Assembly: GCA_036338595.1 (NCBI GenBank)
Contig: JAYZBV010000040.1
Location: forward strand, 1 to 26,338
Direction: 5' to 3'
DNA from: Planctomycetota bacterium
Lineage (GTDB): Bacteria > Planctomycetota > UBA8108 > UBA1146
Length of the DNA stretch: 26,338 nt
In this document: piece by piece, positions 8,507 to 17,434 of the stretch
Layout of the letters: each line of letters starts with the position of its first letter
How positions within the stretch are numbered: position 1 is the first letter of the stretch
Position numbers and translations under genes: made by a program
Notes under the pieces: generated by a model
Seen by the model: the letters and a program-made list of their open reading frames with translations, nothing else
Told to the model about the DNA's origin: nothing
Database searches by the model: none

Positions 8507-9070
8507 TCAGGGGCAGCCGAAGTATTCCCAGCAGTGGAAGTCATCGTCGGTGGGGTCGAAGCCGCAGTCGGGGTAGGGCGGGGCGATGACGGTGACGTCG
8601 CAGAAGATGAAGAGACACTGCAACAAGGAGATGGGGTCGGCGATGTTGGCGGCGCCATCGTCGTTGACGTCGACACTGTCGAGACAGGGAATCGCCATGT
8701 CGAGGAACAGGTGCCCGAGCATCAGGATCGGATCGGCGATGTCGTGCTGGCCATCGCCGTTGGCATCGCCGCGGGAGAAGTAGCCCGGTGTGGGCATGCC
8801 GTAGCAGTTTGAATCCTGCAGATCGATCAGCCCATCGCAGTCGTCGTCGATTCCGTTGTCGCAGATCTCGATGCAGTCGGGATCGCCGACACAATCGCTG
8901 TCGCAGCAATCGATGTTGCCATCGCCGTCGTCATCGATGCCGTTGGAACAGCTGTCGGGAATCGCCGCATCTTCCTGAGCCGGAAGCGGCAATCCGGAGC
9001 CGAGCCACAGCAGTAACAGCGCAGCGAGCGACGCCCTGCGGCACCAGGTCTGGCCAGGGCGATTTGCCAT
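8507..9070 (-). CDS. Small secreted protein with two acidic Cys-rich putative metal-binding repeats and a C-terminal dockerin
   Basis: Probable start is the ATG at 9070 (MANRPGQTWCRRASLAALLLLWLGSGLPLPA|Q); repeats CSNGIDDDGDGNIDCCDSDC and EICDNGIDDDCDGLIDLQDSNC resemble the MopE-related/EICDGxDNDCDG motif; dockerin FSRGDANGDG. Confidence 0.8.
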   Translation of the reverse strand: MANRPGQTWCRRASLAALLLLWLGSGLPLPAQEDAAIPDSCSNGIDDDGDGNIDCCDSDCVGDPDCIEICDNGIDDDCDGLIDLQDSNCYGMPTPGYFSRGDANGDGQHDIADPILMLGHLFLDMAIPCLDSVDVNDDGAANIADPISLLQCLFIFCDVTVIAPPYPDCGFDPTDDDFHCWEYFGCP

Positions 9071-9274
9071 CGAGGTGGTCTGTTTCGTTGAAGCGATGGT
9101 GGCATCCTTCGCTGATGGATCACGATGAGGATCCAATTGGAGATCAATATCCAGAGTCTACAGCCCACATATTGTATCTGCTCGGTTCTGGCGAACCATG
9201 CGGGAGTTAGCAGGTGCCATAGCCATACGGTATCATCGAGGTTCGACTCGTCGAAGAGTGATGGGAGCATCTCG

Positions 9275-10375
9275 ATGCTGCGAATCGGTTCCTGTGCCAG
9301 GTTTCTGCTGATGCTGGTACTCATCCTGCAAACCACCGAGATGTCTGCGCAGCAGACCAACGGAGATTTCCGCCGTGGCGATTGCCATGTCGATGGTCAT
9401 GTGGACCTGGCGGATGTCGTGCAGGTGATCGACTACCTGTTCGGTGGTGTGGCGCCGATCGATTGCGCCCTTGCCTGCGATGGCAACGATGACGACATCA
9501 TCGATGTGCAGGACATCATCACCATCACATCCTACGTGGTACTTGACGGGACCTTGCCACCGCCGGTCGGATCGTGTGCACAAGACCCGACGCCAGGAAC
9601 TCTCTTCTGTGATGTGCCGTGTGATCCTCCGGTGGTGCCACCGCTCTCTACAGAACACAGGTTCGAGATGCTGGTGGCCCCCCCGCTGCCACAATTTCTT
9701 GCACTGAGCATCGCTTCCACCAGCCCAGATCCGTTACACGCATTTTCCTTCGGAGTGTGCCACGACCCGAGCGAGGGGTCGGTGCAGCAGCTGGATCTGG
9801 GTGTCGACCTGCAATCGAACCCTCCCGATTTCATCGAGGTTGTCATCGAACCGGGAGGATGGACTGCGGCTGTGGTGATGAGTTTCCTCAACTCACAGCC
9901 CTTTCCAGCCGGTAGCGAGCAACGGGTCTTCGAGGCGCAGTACGAGATCGACCTCACTTCGCCAGTGGGCTTCACCGAGTTCTGTCCGTGTGAAACTATC
10001 GGAGATCCACCACTGGCGATTCGCATGGTCACGGAGGCTGGCGAGTCGATTTGGCCCGAGTTCGAATGCTTTTCGCTCGTGATCGTGGATCCGATCTTCT
10101 TCGTGCGTGGGGATTGCAACGGCGATGGAGGCATCAATGTCGCCGATGCGGTGTACCTGCTCGATTATCTCTTCATCGGGTCGGTCGTGCTTCCCTGTGA
10201 AGATGCCGGCGACATCGACGATGACGGCGCCCTCAACATCGCCGATCCCATCAACTTCCTCGCCTACCTCTTCTCCGGAGGGCCCCCGCCTGCACCACCC
10301 AACCCGGTCACCGGCTGTGGTGAAGATCTCGACGACAGCGATTCACTGCAGTGTGAGCAACTGAACTGCCCCTGA
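9275..10375 (+). CDS. Secreted dockerin-cohesin-dockerin protein (second adaptor/scaffoldin-like protein)
   Basis: Start moved to the ATG at 9275 (GGGAG at 9263-9267; MLRIGSCARFLLMLVLILQTTEMSA|Q); dockerins FRRGDCHVDG and FVRGDCNGDG flank a beta domain with AFSFGVCHDP, matching ISFGFCHDP in 3041..4174. Confidence 0.8.
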   Translation: MLRIGSCARFLLMLVLILQTTEMSAQQTNGDFRRGDCHVDGHVDLADVVQVIDYLFGGVAPIDCALACDGNDDDIIDVQDIITITSYVVLDGTLPPPVGSCAQDPTPGTLFCDVPCDPPVVPPLSTEHRFEMLVAPPLPQFLALSIASTSPDPLHAFSFGVCHDPSEGSVQQLDLGVDLQSNPPDFIEVVIEPGGWTAAVVMSFLNSQPFPAGSEQRVFEAQYEIDLTSPVGFTEFCPCETIGDPPLAIRMVTEAGESIWPEFECFSLVIVDPIFFVRGDCNGDGGINVADAVYLLDYLFIGSVVLPCEDAGDIDDDGALNIADPINFLAYLFSGGPPPAPPNPVTGCGEDLDDSDSLQCEQLNCP

Positions 10376-10434
10376 TCTGACAACAGGTGGTCGGCTGACA
10401 GCAGGAGGCCCATCTGGACAGTGAGTCCGATGCG

Positions 10435-11949
10435 ATGGATCCTGTCGTGGCGATAGGGGGCAGAGTGCAGAGTGATCCACTGATCGATCAACTGCGAGCA
10501 GTCATTCCTGCTCGTCGCATCCTCACCGATGAAGATGAATGTCGGCTGTATGACAGTGATGGCCTGACTCTGCATCGTGGTGAGACTCCAGGTGTGCTGT
10601 TGCTGGAGAACGAAGTGGAGGTCGTCCACTCGGTTCGCGTACTGGCAGCTGCGGGTATCCCCTTCGTGGCGCGAGGTGCAGGAACGGGACTCAGCGGCGG
10701 TGCGGTTCCGATGGATGGTGCCTGGGTTCTCGATGTGCACCGGATGCGGCAGATCATCGAGGTCGATCCCTTGCAACGCAGTGCAGTGATCGAGCCGGGC
10801 GTGATCAATCTTGATCTGGATAAGGCCGCAGCGGCTCACGGACTGCGATTTGCTCCCGATCCATCGAGCCAGCGAGCCTGTACCGTCGGCGGAAACATCG
10901 CCGAGAACTCCGGCGGGCCGCACTGTTTTCTTCATGGCATGACGACACGGCACATCCTGTCCATCCGAACGTTGCTCACCGATGGCACGGTGGTCGATCT
11001 GGAACGAGATGGGGGAGGCATCGATTGGCGCGGCGCCTTCATCGGTTCCGAAGGCACCTTTGGTATCACTACCCGAGCCACGGTGAGGCTGGTACCGCGA
11101 CCTCCGAGCGTGCGAACTTTTCTGGTCTCCTACTCATCGCTGGAAGCATCGTGCGAGGCGGTCGCGACCATCATCGCCGCGGGCCTGAGGCCAGCTGCGC
11201 TGGAAATCCTGGACAGGTTGACCATCGGTGCTGTCGAGGCATCTGTGTTTCGTGCCGGATATCCAGAAGATGCGGAAGCGGTGCTACTCATCGAACTCGA
11301 GGGGCTCCCCGATGAGGTGGAGGAAGCAGCGGTTGCCGTGCGAGAGGCCGCTCACCTGGATGAGACCATCGGTTTCGAGGAAGCACTCGACGAGGAATCG
11401 AGGGAGCGATTGTGGCGCGGCAGAAAAGGTGCCTTCGGAGCGATGGGTCGGATCGCCAGTGATCTCTATGTTCTCGATGCGGTGGTTCCCAGAACCCGGA
11501 TGGCGCAGGCGATCAGTGCAATCCAGCAGATCGGACGCAAGCACAATGTGGTCCTGAGTAATGTCTTTCATGCCGGAGATGGAAACCTGCACCCGAACAT
11601 CTCCTTTGATTCCAACGATGCACAGCAACGGCAACAAGTGCTGGCGGCCGGCGATGAAATCCTGAAACTGTGCGTCTCTCTGGGAGGAACCCTGTCGGGA
11701 GAGCACGGCATCGGCATGGAGAAGCGAGATCACATGCCACTCATCTTCTCGCCAGAGCAACTGGAGACCCAGATGTTACTGAGAGAAGCGGTGGATCCGA
11801 CAGGGCTGGCGAATCCGGGCAAGATCCTGCCGACTGGACGCGGTTGTACCGAGGCTGGTTTTCGTGGTGCAGCCCACCTGGAAAGAACCGAGCAGATCTT
11901 GCGACCTGATGTCCCGCGACACGATGTCCCGCGGCCCGATGAAGAATAG
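10435..11949 (+). CDS. glcD: FAD-linked oxidase, glycolate oxidase subunit GlcD / D-2-hydroxyacid dehydrogenase family
   Basis: Motifs ARGAGTGLSGGA, APDPSSQRACTVGGNIAENSGG, GSEGTFG, FHAGDGNLHP, GEHGIG, NPGK; the start may be the GTG at 10465 after AGGGGG. Confidence 0.88.
   Translation: MDPVVAIGGRVQSDPLIDQLRAVIPARRILTDEDECRLYDSDGLTLHRGETPGVLLLENEVEVVHSVRVLAAAGIPFVARGAGTGLSGGAVPMDGAWVLDVHRMRQIIEVDPLQRSAVIEPGVINLDLDKAAAAHGLRFAPDPSSQRACTVGGNIAENSGGPHCFLHGMTTRHILSIRTLLTDGTVVDLERDGGGIDWRGAFIGSEGTFGITTRATVRLVPRPPSVRTFLVSYSSLEASCEAVATIIAAGLRPAALEILDRLTIGAVEASVFRAGYPEDAEAVLLIELEGLPDEVEEAAVAVREAAHLDETIGFEEALDEESRERLWRGRKGAFGAMGRIASDLYVLDAVVPRTRMAQAISAIQQIGRKHNVVLSNVFHAGDGNLHPNISFDSNDAQQRQQVLAAGDEILKLCVSLGGTLSGEHGIGMEKRDHMPLIFSPEQLETQMLLREAVDPTGLANPGKILPTGRGCTEAGFRGAAHLERTEQILRPDVPRHDVPRPDEE
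11901..11941 (+). repeat. 15-bp tandem repeat, about 2.7 copies, at the 3' end of glcD
   Basis: gcgacctgatgtccc / gcgacacgatgtccc / gcggcccgatg, encoding RPDVP-RHDVP-RPD. Confidence 0.75.
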
Positions 11950-11964
11950 AACAGTGATGAATAG

Positions 11965-11995
11965 AAAAGGGGTGCCTCCTGAAGGAGACACCCCT
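11965..11995 (-). terminator. Rho-independent terminator of 12033..14633, lying between convergent genes
   Basis: Minus strand AGGGGTGTCTCC-TTCA-GGAGGCACCCCT-TTT: 12-bp stem with one G-U pair, then a T run. Confidence 0.85.
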
Positions 11996-12032
11996 GACAA
12001 ACACCTCCGCGACGGGTCGTGGAGTCAATTCA

Positions 12033-14633
12033 CTAGCAAGATCCCGTGTACTCACAATCTGCGAGGGAATCAGTTGTTGGGTCTTCCCCACAACTGTCCG
12101 GGCCTGGCGCCGGTGGGGCATCACCACCCGAGAAGAGCGTGGCAAGGCCGAAGATGGCGTCAGCAATGTTGACACTACCATCGTCATTGGCATCGCAAGA
12201 ATCTTCACAGTCGCATGGATCACCAGCGGAGAACAGGGCGGCGAGCAAGAAGATGTAGTCTGCAATGTTGTGACCGCCATCTTGGTTGGTGTCGCCGCGC
12301 TTGAACTGCGGATTGCCGCTGGGAGCACCACCCAACACTCCGACATATCTGAGAGCCAGATCATTCTGGTCACCACCGAAGCCGCCGAACTCCCAGGATT
12401 GGCTGAGCACCAGTCCGCCAGAGTCAGTGTTGTAGAGGACGCCAGCGCCAACTCCGGCACCGAAGGACTGGCCATCCGGCTCCCAGACGAGAGCCGAGTT
12501 GGGGCCGAGAGCATCGAGTGTTCCGGGTGAAAGCTCATCGGTCCAGTCACTCGCAGTCGCCTGGTCCTGGTTGTAGGCGATGTCCTGGAGGTCACTGAGA
12601 TCGAGTCCAAAACCGCTGTCGAGGCCATCCATGATCAGGTAGGTGTCGCCACCGTCAACGACGCCATCGGCGATCCCGTCGATGGTGTTGAAGTCGGTCG
12701 CTGCATCGAAGCCCCAGATATCTCCACCTTCAACATAGATGTGCTTACCTGCGGATTGAGCGATCATGAGGGCAACACCGTCGGCGGCAGACAGAGCGCG
12801 GGCATTGGGGTAGGTACCACCCATGTACCAGATGCGCTCAAGTGTGTCATCGGTGAGACAGGCGAGATCTCCGGGTCCACCGGGAAGAATATCGACAACC
12901 AGGCCCAGAGATTCGAGGGCGGTTTGCAGAGCAGCTGCGCTGTCGATCCCCGAGGGAGTCTCTCCGATGATGATGATATCGGTGTATCCACCACCGCCTT
13001 GGACATTGACACTCACTTCAGTCACAACACTGGTGCCTTGAGTGGTGCAGTTACCTACGATCTCGTAGATGTGCGGTCCTGGAGGCGCAGCAACGTCGTT
13101 ATACGAGGTAGTGCCAAAGGGCAGCGCGCTGGCCAGTACCACTCCATCGCGAATGATATCGTAGGTACTGAAACCGGCAGGGTTCCAGCTCAGGGCGACA
13201 TCTCCAGTACCACAATCGACGACACCGATCACGCCTGTGAGACCAAAGTCGCACAACTCTTCAATGATCAGGTCACCGGTCAAGATTGCGCCTGCCTGCG
13301 GGTCATCCCAGGAACCACAGCGAACGATGTAGGTGGTTCCGGCTGTGCAGGAGAAGTTGAGGTCGGAACTGACTCCACAGGAGTCTCCGTTACATGTGAC
13401 ATCGATCTTGGTGCCACAAGCACCGCTGGACTCGTAAATGGCCAGATCGGTATCGATGGTGTTACAGGTGGAAACCCTCAGGAAGGAATTGGTGTTCGCC
13501 GTATAGGTGAACCACATGTCACTGTAGAAGCCTCCGAGGAAGGTACCCGCGCAATTGAGTCCGGCAACCGGATCAGGGCTATCAGTCATTAGCTCCAGAT
13601 TGAAAGCATTCGCGCCAGAGACTGCAGGGAATGCATCGCAGCACTCATCTCCTGCGATCGGCGGTGGGCAAGGCCCTCCGGTGCACGCAACGCTGCACAT
13701 GGCGGTCGTCGTGGAGCCGCCTCCGCAGTCACCGATGAGCTCGTAGACATTCAACCCCAGTGGAGCATTGAGATCGTCGTAGACGGTTGCATCACCCGGC
13801 AAGGTGTCGAGAACGACGCCATTACGCACTACCTGGATTCCATCAGCGTACCCACCAGGGACATTCAGGAAACTGGTCCAGTCCATCGTGACATCATTTG
13901 TGGTGCAGTCGATGTTGCAGTTGAAGGCATCAAATGGCAGACAGCCACAGGCACCCACACATGAGATCTGAACATCGTCGTAATAGAAGATACCGGGGTT
14001 GCCGGTGTTGTAGAGGTCGAGGCATTCCATCGCTTGCTGGCCACCAGCACCGTACCAGGTGCCATCGAGGACGATCTGGTTGCCGTTGAAAAAGGCCTGG
14101 TAAAGGTTGGCATCCAGATCTACATCGACGCGCACTTCGGTCCAGGCATCGTAGACGATGGGTGTGTCGGTGAATGTTCCACCGCCACCCGAGACATTGT
14201 CGCCACTGACGAGTCCTGTGCCGTCGGACATGTGAATCTGTCCAGACCAGTCGTAGCCTGATCCACTTCCATCGTATGTATTCATCAGGATGAAGTAGTA
14301 GTCACCCGCTTGCCCCGCAGGGATGTATACGTTGGATGTGAAAGAGAAAGCACCGCTGGTCAGTCCTCCGAAGAGGCGAACCACATCGTCATTGGGGGTC
14401 AACTCGATGCACCGATCTCCACCGGGTGTGGAGTTGTAGAGATCAACTACGTCGGAATCAACTCCGGGAGCGCCGTCCCATGTATCCCAGGAACCCTGTC
14501 CTGCGATGCCGGAACCCACGGCATAACTCTCGAAATCATCGAAGTCGAGCAACTGCGCGTGTAGCGCAGGAGTAAAAAAGAACGCCATACCCAGGCACAC
14601 TGCCGTGAGGGTTGGCAAGACACGAATCCTCAT
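12033..14633 (-). CDS. Large secreted multidomain protein: jelly-roll/ConA-like domain, FN3-like repeats, Cys-rich beta-sandwich, alpha/beta domain, C-terminal dockerin
   Basis: Start moved to the ATG at 14633 (AAAGGAG SD; MRIRVLPTLTAVCLGMAFFFTPALHA|Q); DDFESY..GQGSW..W and YYDDVQI bound the first domain; FN3-like MDW..VVRNG..YDD and LSW..IIRDG..YND; dockerin FKRGDTNQDG..DANDDGSVNIAD. Confidence 0.85.
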   Translation of the reverse strand: MRIRVLPTLTAVCLGMAFFFTPALHAQLLDFDDFESYAVGSGIAGQGSWDTWDGAPGVDSDVVDLYNSTPGGDRCIELTPNDDVVRLFGGLTSGAFSFTSNVYIPAGQAGDYYFILMNTYDGSGSGYDWSGQIHMSDGTGLVSGDNVSGGGGTFTDTPIVYDAWTEVRVDVDLDANLYQAFFNGNQIVLDGTWYGAGGQQAMECLDLYNTGNPGIFYYDDVQISCVGACGCLPFDAFNCNIDCTTNDVTMDWTSFLNVPGGYADGIQVVRNGVVLDTLPGDATVYDDLNAPLGLNVYELIGDCGGGSTTTAMCSVACTGGPCPPPIAGDECCDAFPAVSGANAFNLELMTDSPDPVAGLNCAGTFLGGFYSDMWFTYTANTNSFLRVSTCNTIDTDLAIYESSGACGTKIDVTCNGDSCGVSSDLNFSCTAGTTYIVRCGSWDDPQAGAILTGDLIIEELCDFGLTGVIGVVDCGTGDVALSWNPAGFSTYDIIRDGVVLASALPFGTTSYNDVAAPPGPHIYEIVGNCTTQGTSVVTEVSVNVQGGGGYTDIIIIGETPSGIDSAAALQTALESLGLVVDILPGGPGDLACLTDDTLERIWYMGGTYPNARALSAADGVALMIAQSAGKHIYVEGGDIWGFDAATDFNTIDGIADGVVDGGDTYLIMDGLDSGFGLDLSDLQDIAYNQDQATASDWTDELSPGTLDALGPNSALVWEPDGQSFGAGVGAGVLYNTDSGGLVLSQSWEFGGFGGDQNDLALRYVGVLGGAPSGNPQFKRGDTNQDGGHNIADYIFLLAALFSAGDPCDCEDSCDANDDGSVNIADAIFGLATLFSGGDAPPAPGPDSCGEDPTTDSLADCEYTGSC

Positions 14634-14880
14634 CGTTGTTCTCCTTTCCGGAGAGCTTTGGGGGAAGACCCCACCGGATGTCTGCATTTTGTCTCGCGAG
14701 CTGATCGCAACCTCAGGTACTCGGTCGCCCCGATCGAGGCGGATGCCCAGAGCGCCTGGTTGCATGAAAACCCAAATTTTCTTGTATCTCAGAACCCAAG
14801 CGTCGCAATGAGCAGCCGGTAATGGTGTTGATCAGAAACCAACGTAATTCCGGATTCTCGTCATACTTGACGCTGCCTCC

Positions 14881-14909
14881 ATCTTAGAGGGCAATAGCGG
14901 TGTCGACAA
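14881..14909 (-). promoter_or_regulatory. Sigma70-like promoter candidate for 12033..14633
   Basis: Minus strand TTGTCG-17 nt-TAAGAT, implying a leader of about 240 nt. Confidence 0.5.
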
Positions 14910-14924
14910 CTGCCTAGTGTCCCC

Positions 14925-16124
14925 ATGGAAAAGGCTCTTTCTCCGGGTTATTGGGCACTTATGACGGGATTCACAAAGAGTTGCTGCCCATATTTTGCCG
15001 ACCGCAGCGGTGGGGGTAGGCTCTGTGGTGAATTCAGCGACAGGGAATCGGGGGACAGCATCGAAGAAACAACACCTTCTCCCCCGCCGGACTCCCGTCG
15101 CGATGGGATCTGGGCACCCGGCAGCGGCAGTCGTGGATTGCTCCCAGCAGGGGTGCACTTCTCGACGCAGGTGGCGATTTCAGATCAGATCGAATCGCTG
15201 GAAGTCGCCGAGATGGTGGCCACCGTCGGAGCGGCAACTCCCGTGAGTGCGATTCGCGATGCTGCCGCCAGGCATGGACTCATCTCGAGTGGAGTGCTTC
15301 CCGATGAGACGGGAACCATCGGAGGTCTGTTTTCCGATCCCAGAGAAGGACCTGCGGATCCTGCCACCGGAAGATTTTGCGATCATGTCCTTGGCATCGA
15401 GGGTGTTCGAGGCGATGGATCGCCGATTTTGTCTGGCGGAACGGTCGTAAAAAATGTCACAGGCTACGATTTGATCAGACTGATGGGCGGGGCTCTGGGA
15501 GCACTGGGAGTGATCACCAGATTACACATCAGACTGGAAACAGCAGCGGCTTGCTGGAAGTCGCTTTCATTCGGGTTTCTGAATCGGCCGGAGGATTGGA
15601 GTGTTCTGGACCAACTTCGAAGGATGCCCTTCGAGCCGTACTTGATGTCGATCAAGCCTGCTCAGCAGCAGGTTCAACTGTTGCTATCTGGAACTCAAAG
15701 GGCAGTCGATGAGATGGCGTCATTCATCCGGGAAACCGTTGGAGATGTGGAAACAACGGAGTTCGATCGTGAACAGATGATCTCATTTCATCGAGAGCTA
15801 CGATCCAGGGAGGGAACGGCTCTCAGAATCAGGGTTGGATGGAAACACTGGTGCTCGATAGTTGCCCACGACGCTGGAACCTGGCGCGCCATCTGTCCTT
15901 CTGCGGGATACGGACTACTTGAACGGTGGCAACCAGGTTCCGACCTCGATTTCCTGGTCGAGAAAGTCGCATCCGTAGGTGGATCGGTGACTGCAGAAGA
16001 TGTCGAGGCCTGTGAGCGATCGGGTATCCCGCTGGTTCACCCCAGCGCCTCTGACACTCTGACCAGGAGCCTGAGGATGCTATGGGATGCCGACGGAAAA
16101 ATACCATGGCAGGGAGATCGGTGA
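14925..16124 (+). CDS. glcE: FAD-binding subunit, GlcE-like
   Basis: GTIGG, GGTVVKNVTGYDLIRLMGGALGALGVIT; stop overlaps the glcF start (GTGA at 16121-16124); the N-terminal start is uncertain (14925 or 14961). Confidence 0.78.
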   Translation: MEKALSPGYWALMTGFTKSCCPYFADRSGGGRLCGEFSDRESGDSIEETTPSPPPDSRRDGIWAPGSGSRGLLPAGVHFSTQVAISDQIESLEVAEMVATVGAATPVSAIRDAAARHGLISSGVLPDETGTIGGLFSDPREGPADPATGRFCDHVLGIEGVRGDGSPILSGGTVVKNVTGYDLIRLMGGALGALGVITRLHIRLETAAACWKSLSFGFLNRPEDWSVLDQLRRMPFEPYLMSIKPAQQQVQLLLSGTQRAVDEMASFIRETVGDVETTEFDREQMISFHRELRSREGTALRIRVGWKHWCSIVAHDAGTWRAICPSAGYGLLERWQPGSDLDFLVEKVASVGGSVTAEDVEACERSGIPLVHPSASDTLTRSLRMLWDADGKIPWQGDR

Positions 16125-17296
16125 ACAACATCGACGCTTCGACGATTCCGGCGCTGAAGGATTGTGTCCACTGTGGACTCTGTCTTCCGGAATGCCCGAC
16201 CTATTTCGCCAGCGGTAGAGAGGCTGAATCTCCCAGGGGCAGAATTGCTGCACTGCGCGCCGTGGTAGAGAGTCGATCCAGCATCAGCGATGCCATCCAT
16301 GATGGGATGGAAAGTTGTCTCGTATGCCGTGCATGCGAGAGCGCATGTCCTTCAGGCATTTCCATGGAACACTTGATGGCGCACTACCGTCACGAGAGTC
16401 GACCGCATCGTGGCGATCTTTCATCGGGAATCGAATCCTGGCTGTTGAAGAGAGTGATACCGCATCCCGGTCGCATCGGTGCACTGCTTGGTGGCTTGCG
16501 TTTGCTTGGACCCCTGTTGCGAGTCTTGCCGGCGACTCATGATCTACCGTCGGCGAGCCGATTGAGACCAGAGCCGGAGATCCCTCACCTGATCGAGGCG
16601 AAAGGGAGTGTTCGCGGAACGGTGTCCATCTTGCGTGGCTGTGTGGCGGACCGTCTCTTTCGCAGGGAGACGCATCTCTCTGCCCGATTGCTATCCGCGG
16701 CCGGGTGGAGGGTGGTGGTTCCCCCCGCTGGTTGCTGTGGTGCCCTTCACCATCATGCGGGCCTCGTTGAGGAAGCCAGGCAGCACTCGTCGCATCGCTG
16801 GAAAGATCTCCACGCACAGGGAATCGACCATGTTGTCGTGGATGGGGCAGGTTGCGGTGCCCATCTGTTATCAGAGGCACCCCCGGGCGCACCGCCCATC
16901 ATCGATACAGCCACCTTGCTGGCACAATCAGGGAACTTTGATATCAAGCAGAAGTTGACGGGACGATCGGTGTTATCGGTGCCGTGTCATCAAAAACACT
17001 CGGCACTTTCACTCGATGGTGGAACAGAGCTGCTCGATGCCTGCATCGAGGAACGGGTCGAACTCCCCGAGCCGGATCACTGCTGCGGGGCGGCTGGAAT
17101 GTACCTGCTTCGCCGAAGAAAAATGTCACGACTCATCGGCGACCAGGCCAGGAATCGCTTCGAGAGATCTGGAGCCGATACCATCATCAGCGGAAATCCT
17201 GGATGTCTGTTGAGATGGGAGGGGCTGCTCGGGCCAAAAAACGCCATCCACCCGGTTCGCCTTCTGGCCCATGCGTGCCATCTGGAGCCGCTTTAG
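16121..17296 (+). CDS. glcF: Fe-S subunit, GlcF-like (two [4Fe-4S] motifs plus two CCG domains)
   Basis: CVHCGLCLPECP, ESPRGRI, CLVCRACESACP, GCCGALHHHAG, HCCGAAG, GNPGC; GTG start at 16121 with AGGGAG SD, coupled to the glcE stop. Confidence 0.88.
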   Translation: MNNIDASTIPALKDCVHCGLCLPECPTYFASGREAESPRGRIAALRAVVESRSSISDAIHDGMESCLVCRACESACPSGISMEHLMAHYRHESRPHRGDLSSGIESWLLKRVIPHPGRIGALLGGLRLLGPLLRVLPATHDLPSASRLRPEPEIPHLIEAKGSVRGTVSILRGCVADRLFRRETHLSARLLSAAGWRVVVPPAGCCGALHHHAGLVEEARQHSSHRWKDLHAQGIDHVVVDGAGCGAHLLSEAPPGAPPIIDTATLLAQSGNFDIKQKLTGRSVLSVPCHQKHSALSLDGGTELLDACIEERVELPEPDHCCGAAGMYLLRRRKMSRLIGDQARNRFERSGADTIISGNPGCLLRWEGLLGPKNAIHPVRLLAHACHLEPL

Positions 17297-17434
17297 TGCC
17301 GAAGCAGGACAATTTGATGCAGATGTGGCATGATCTCTATCGTGGACGGTAGTGGCCATAAGGTGTCTGCTGTTTCGATAGGCATATCTCGTAACAGACA
17401 TCGTTTCTAGCAGGGGAAAAAGGCGGATTCCACC

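Noticed and set aside
9125..9274. Upstream extensions of track ORFs (9125, 5309, 9136, 14765, 16082, 22351, 23830)
   Set aside because: Downstream starts give better SD sites and/or clean signal peptides, and remove overlaps between divergent genes
11741..13592. ORFs 11741..12628(-) and 12741..13592(+)
   Set aside because: Alternative-frame or antisense shadows of the dockerin gene and glcD
56..14633. Calling the cluster a cellulosome
   Set aside because: No glycoside hydrolase, CBM3 or multi-cohesin scaffoldin is recognisable in the window
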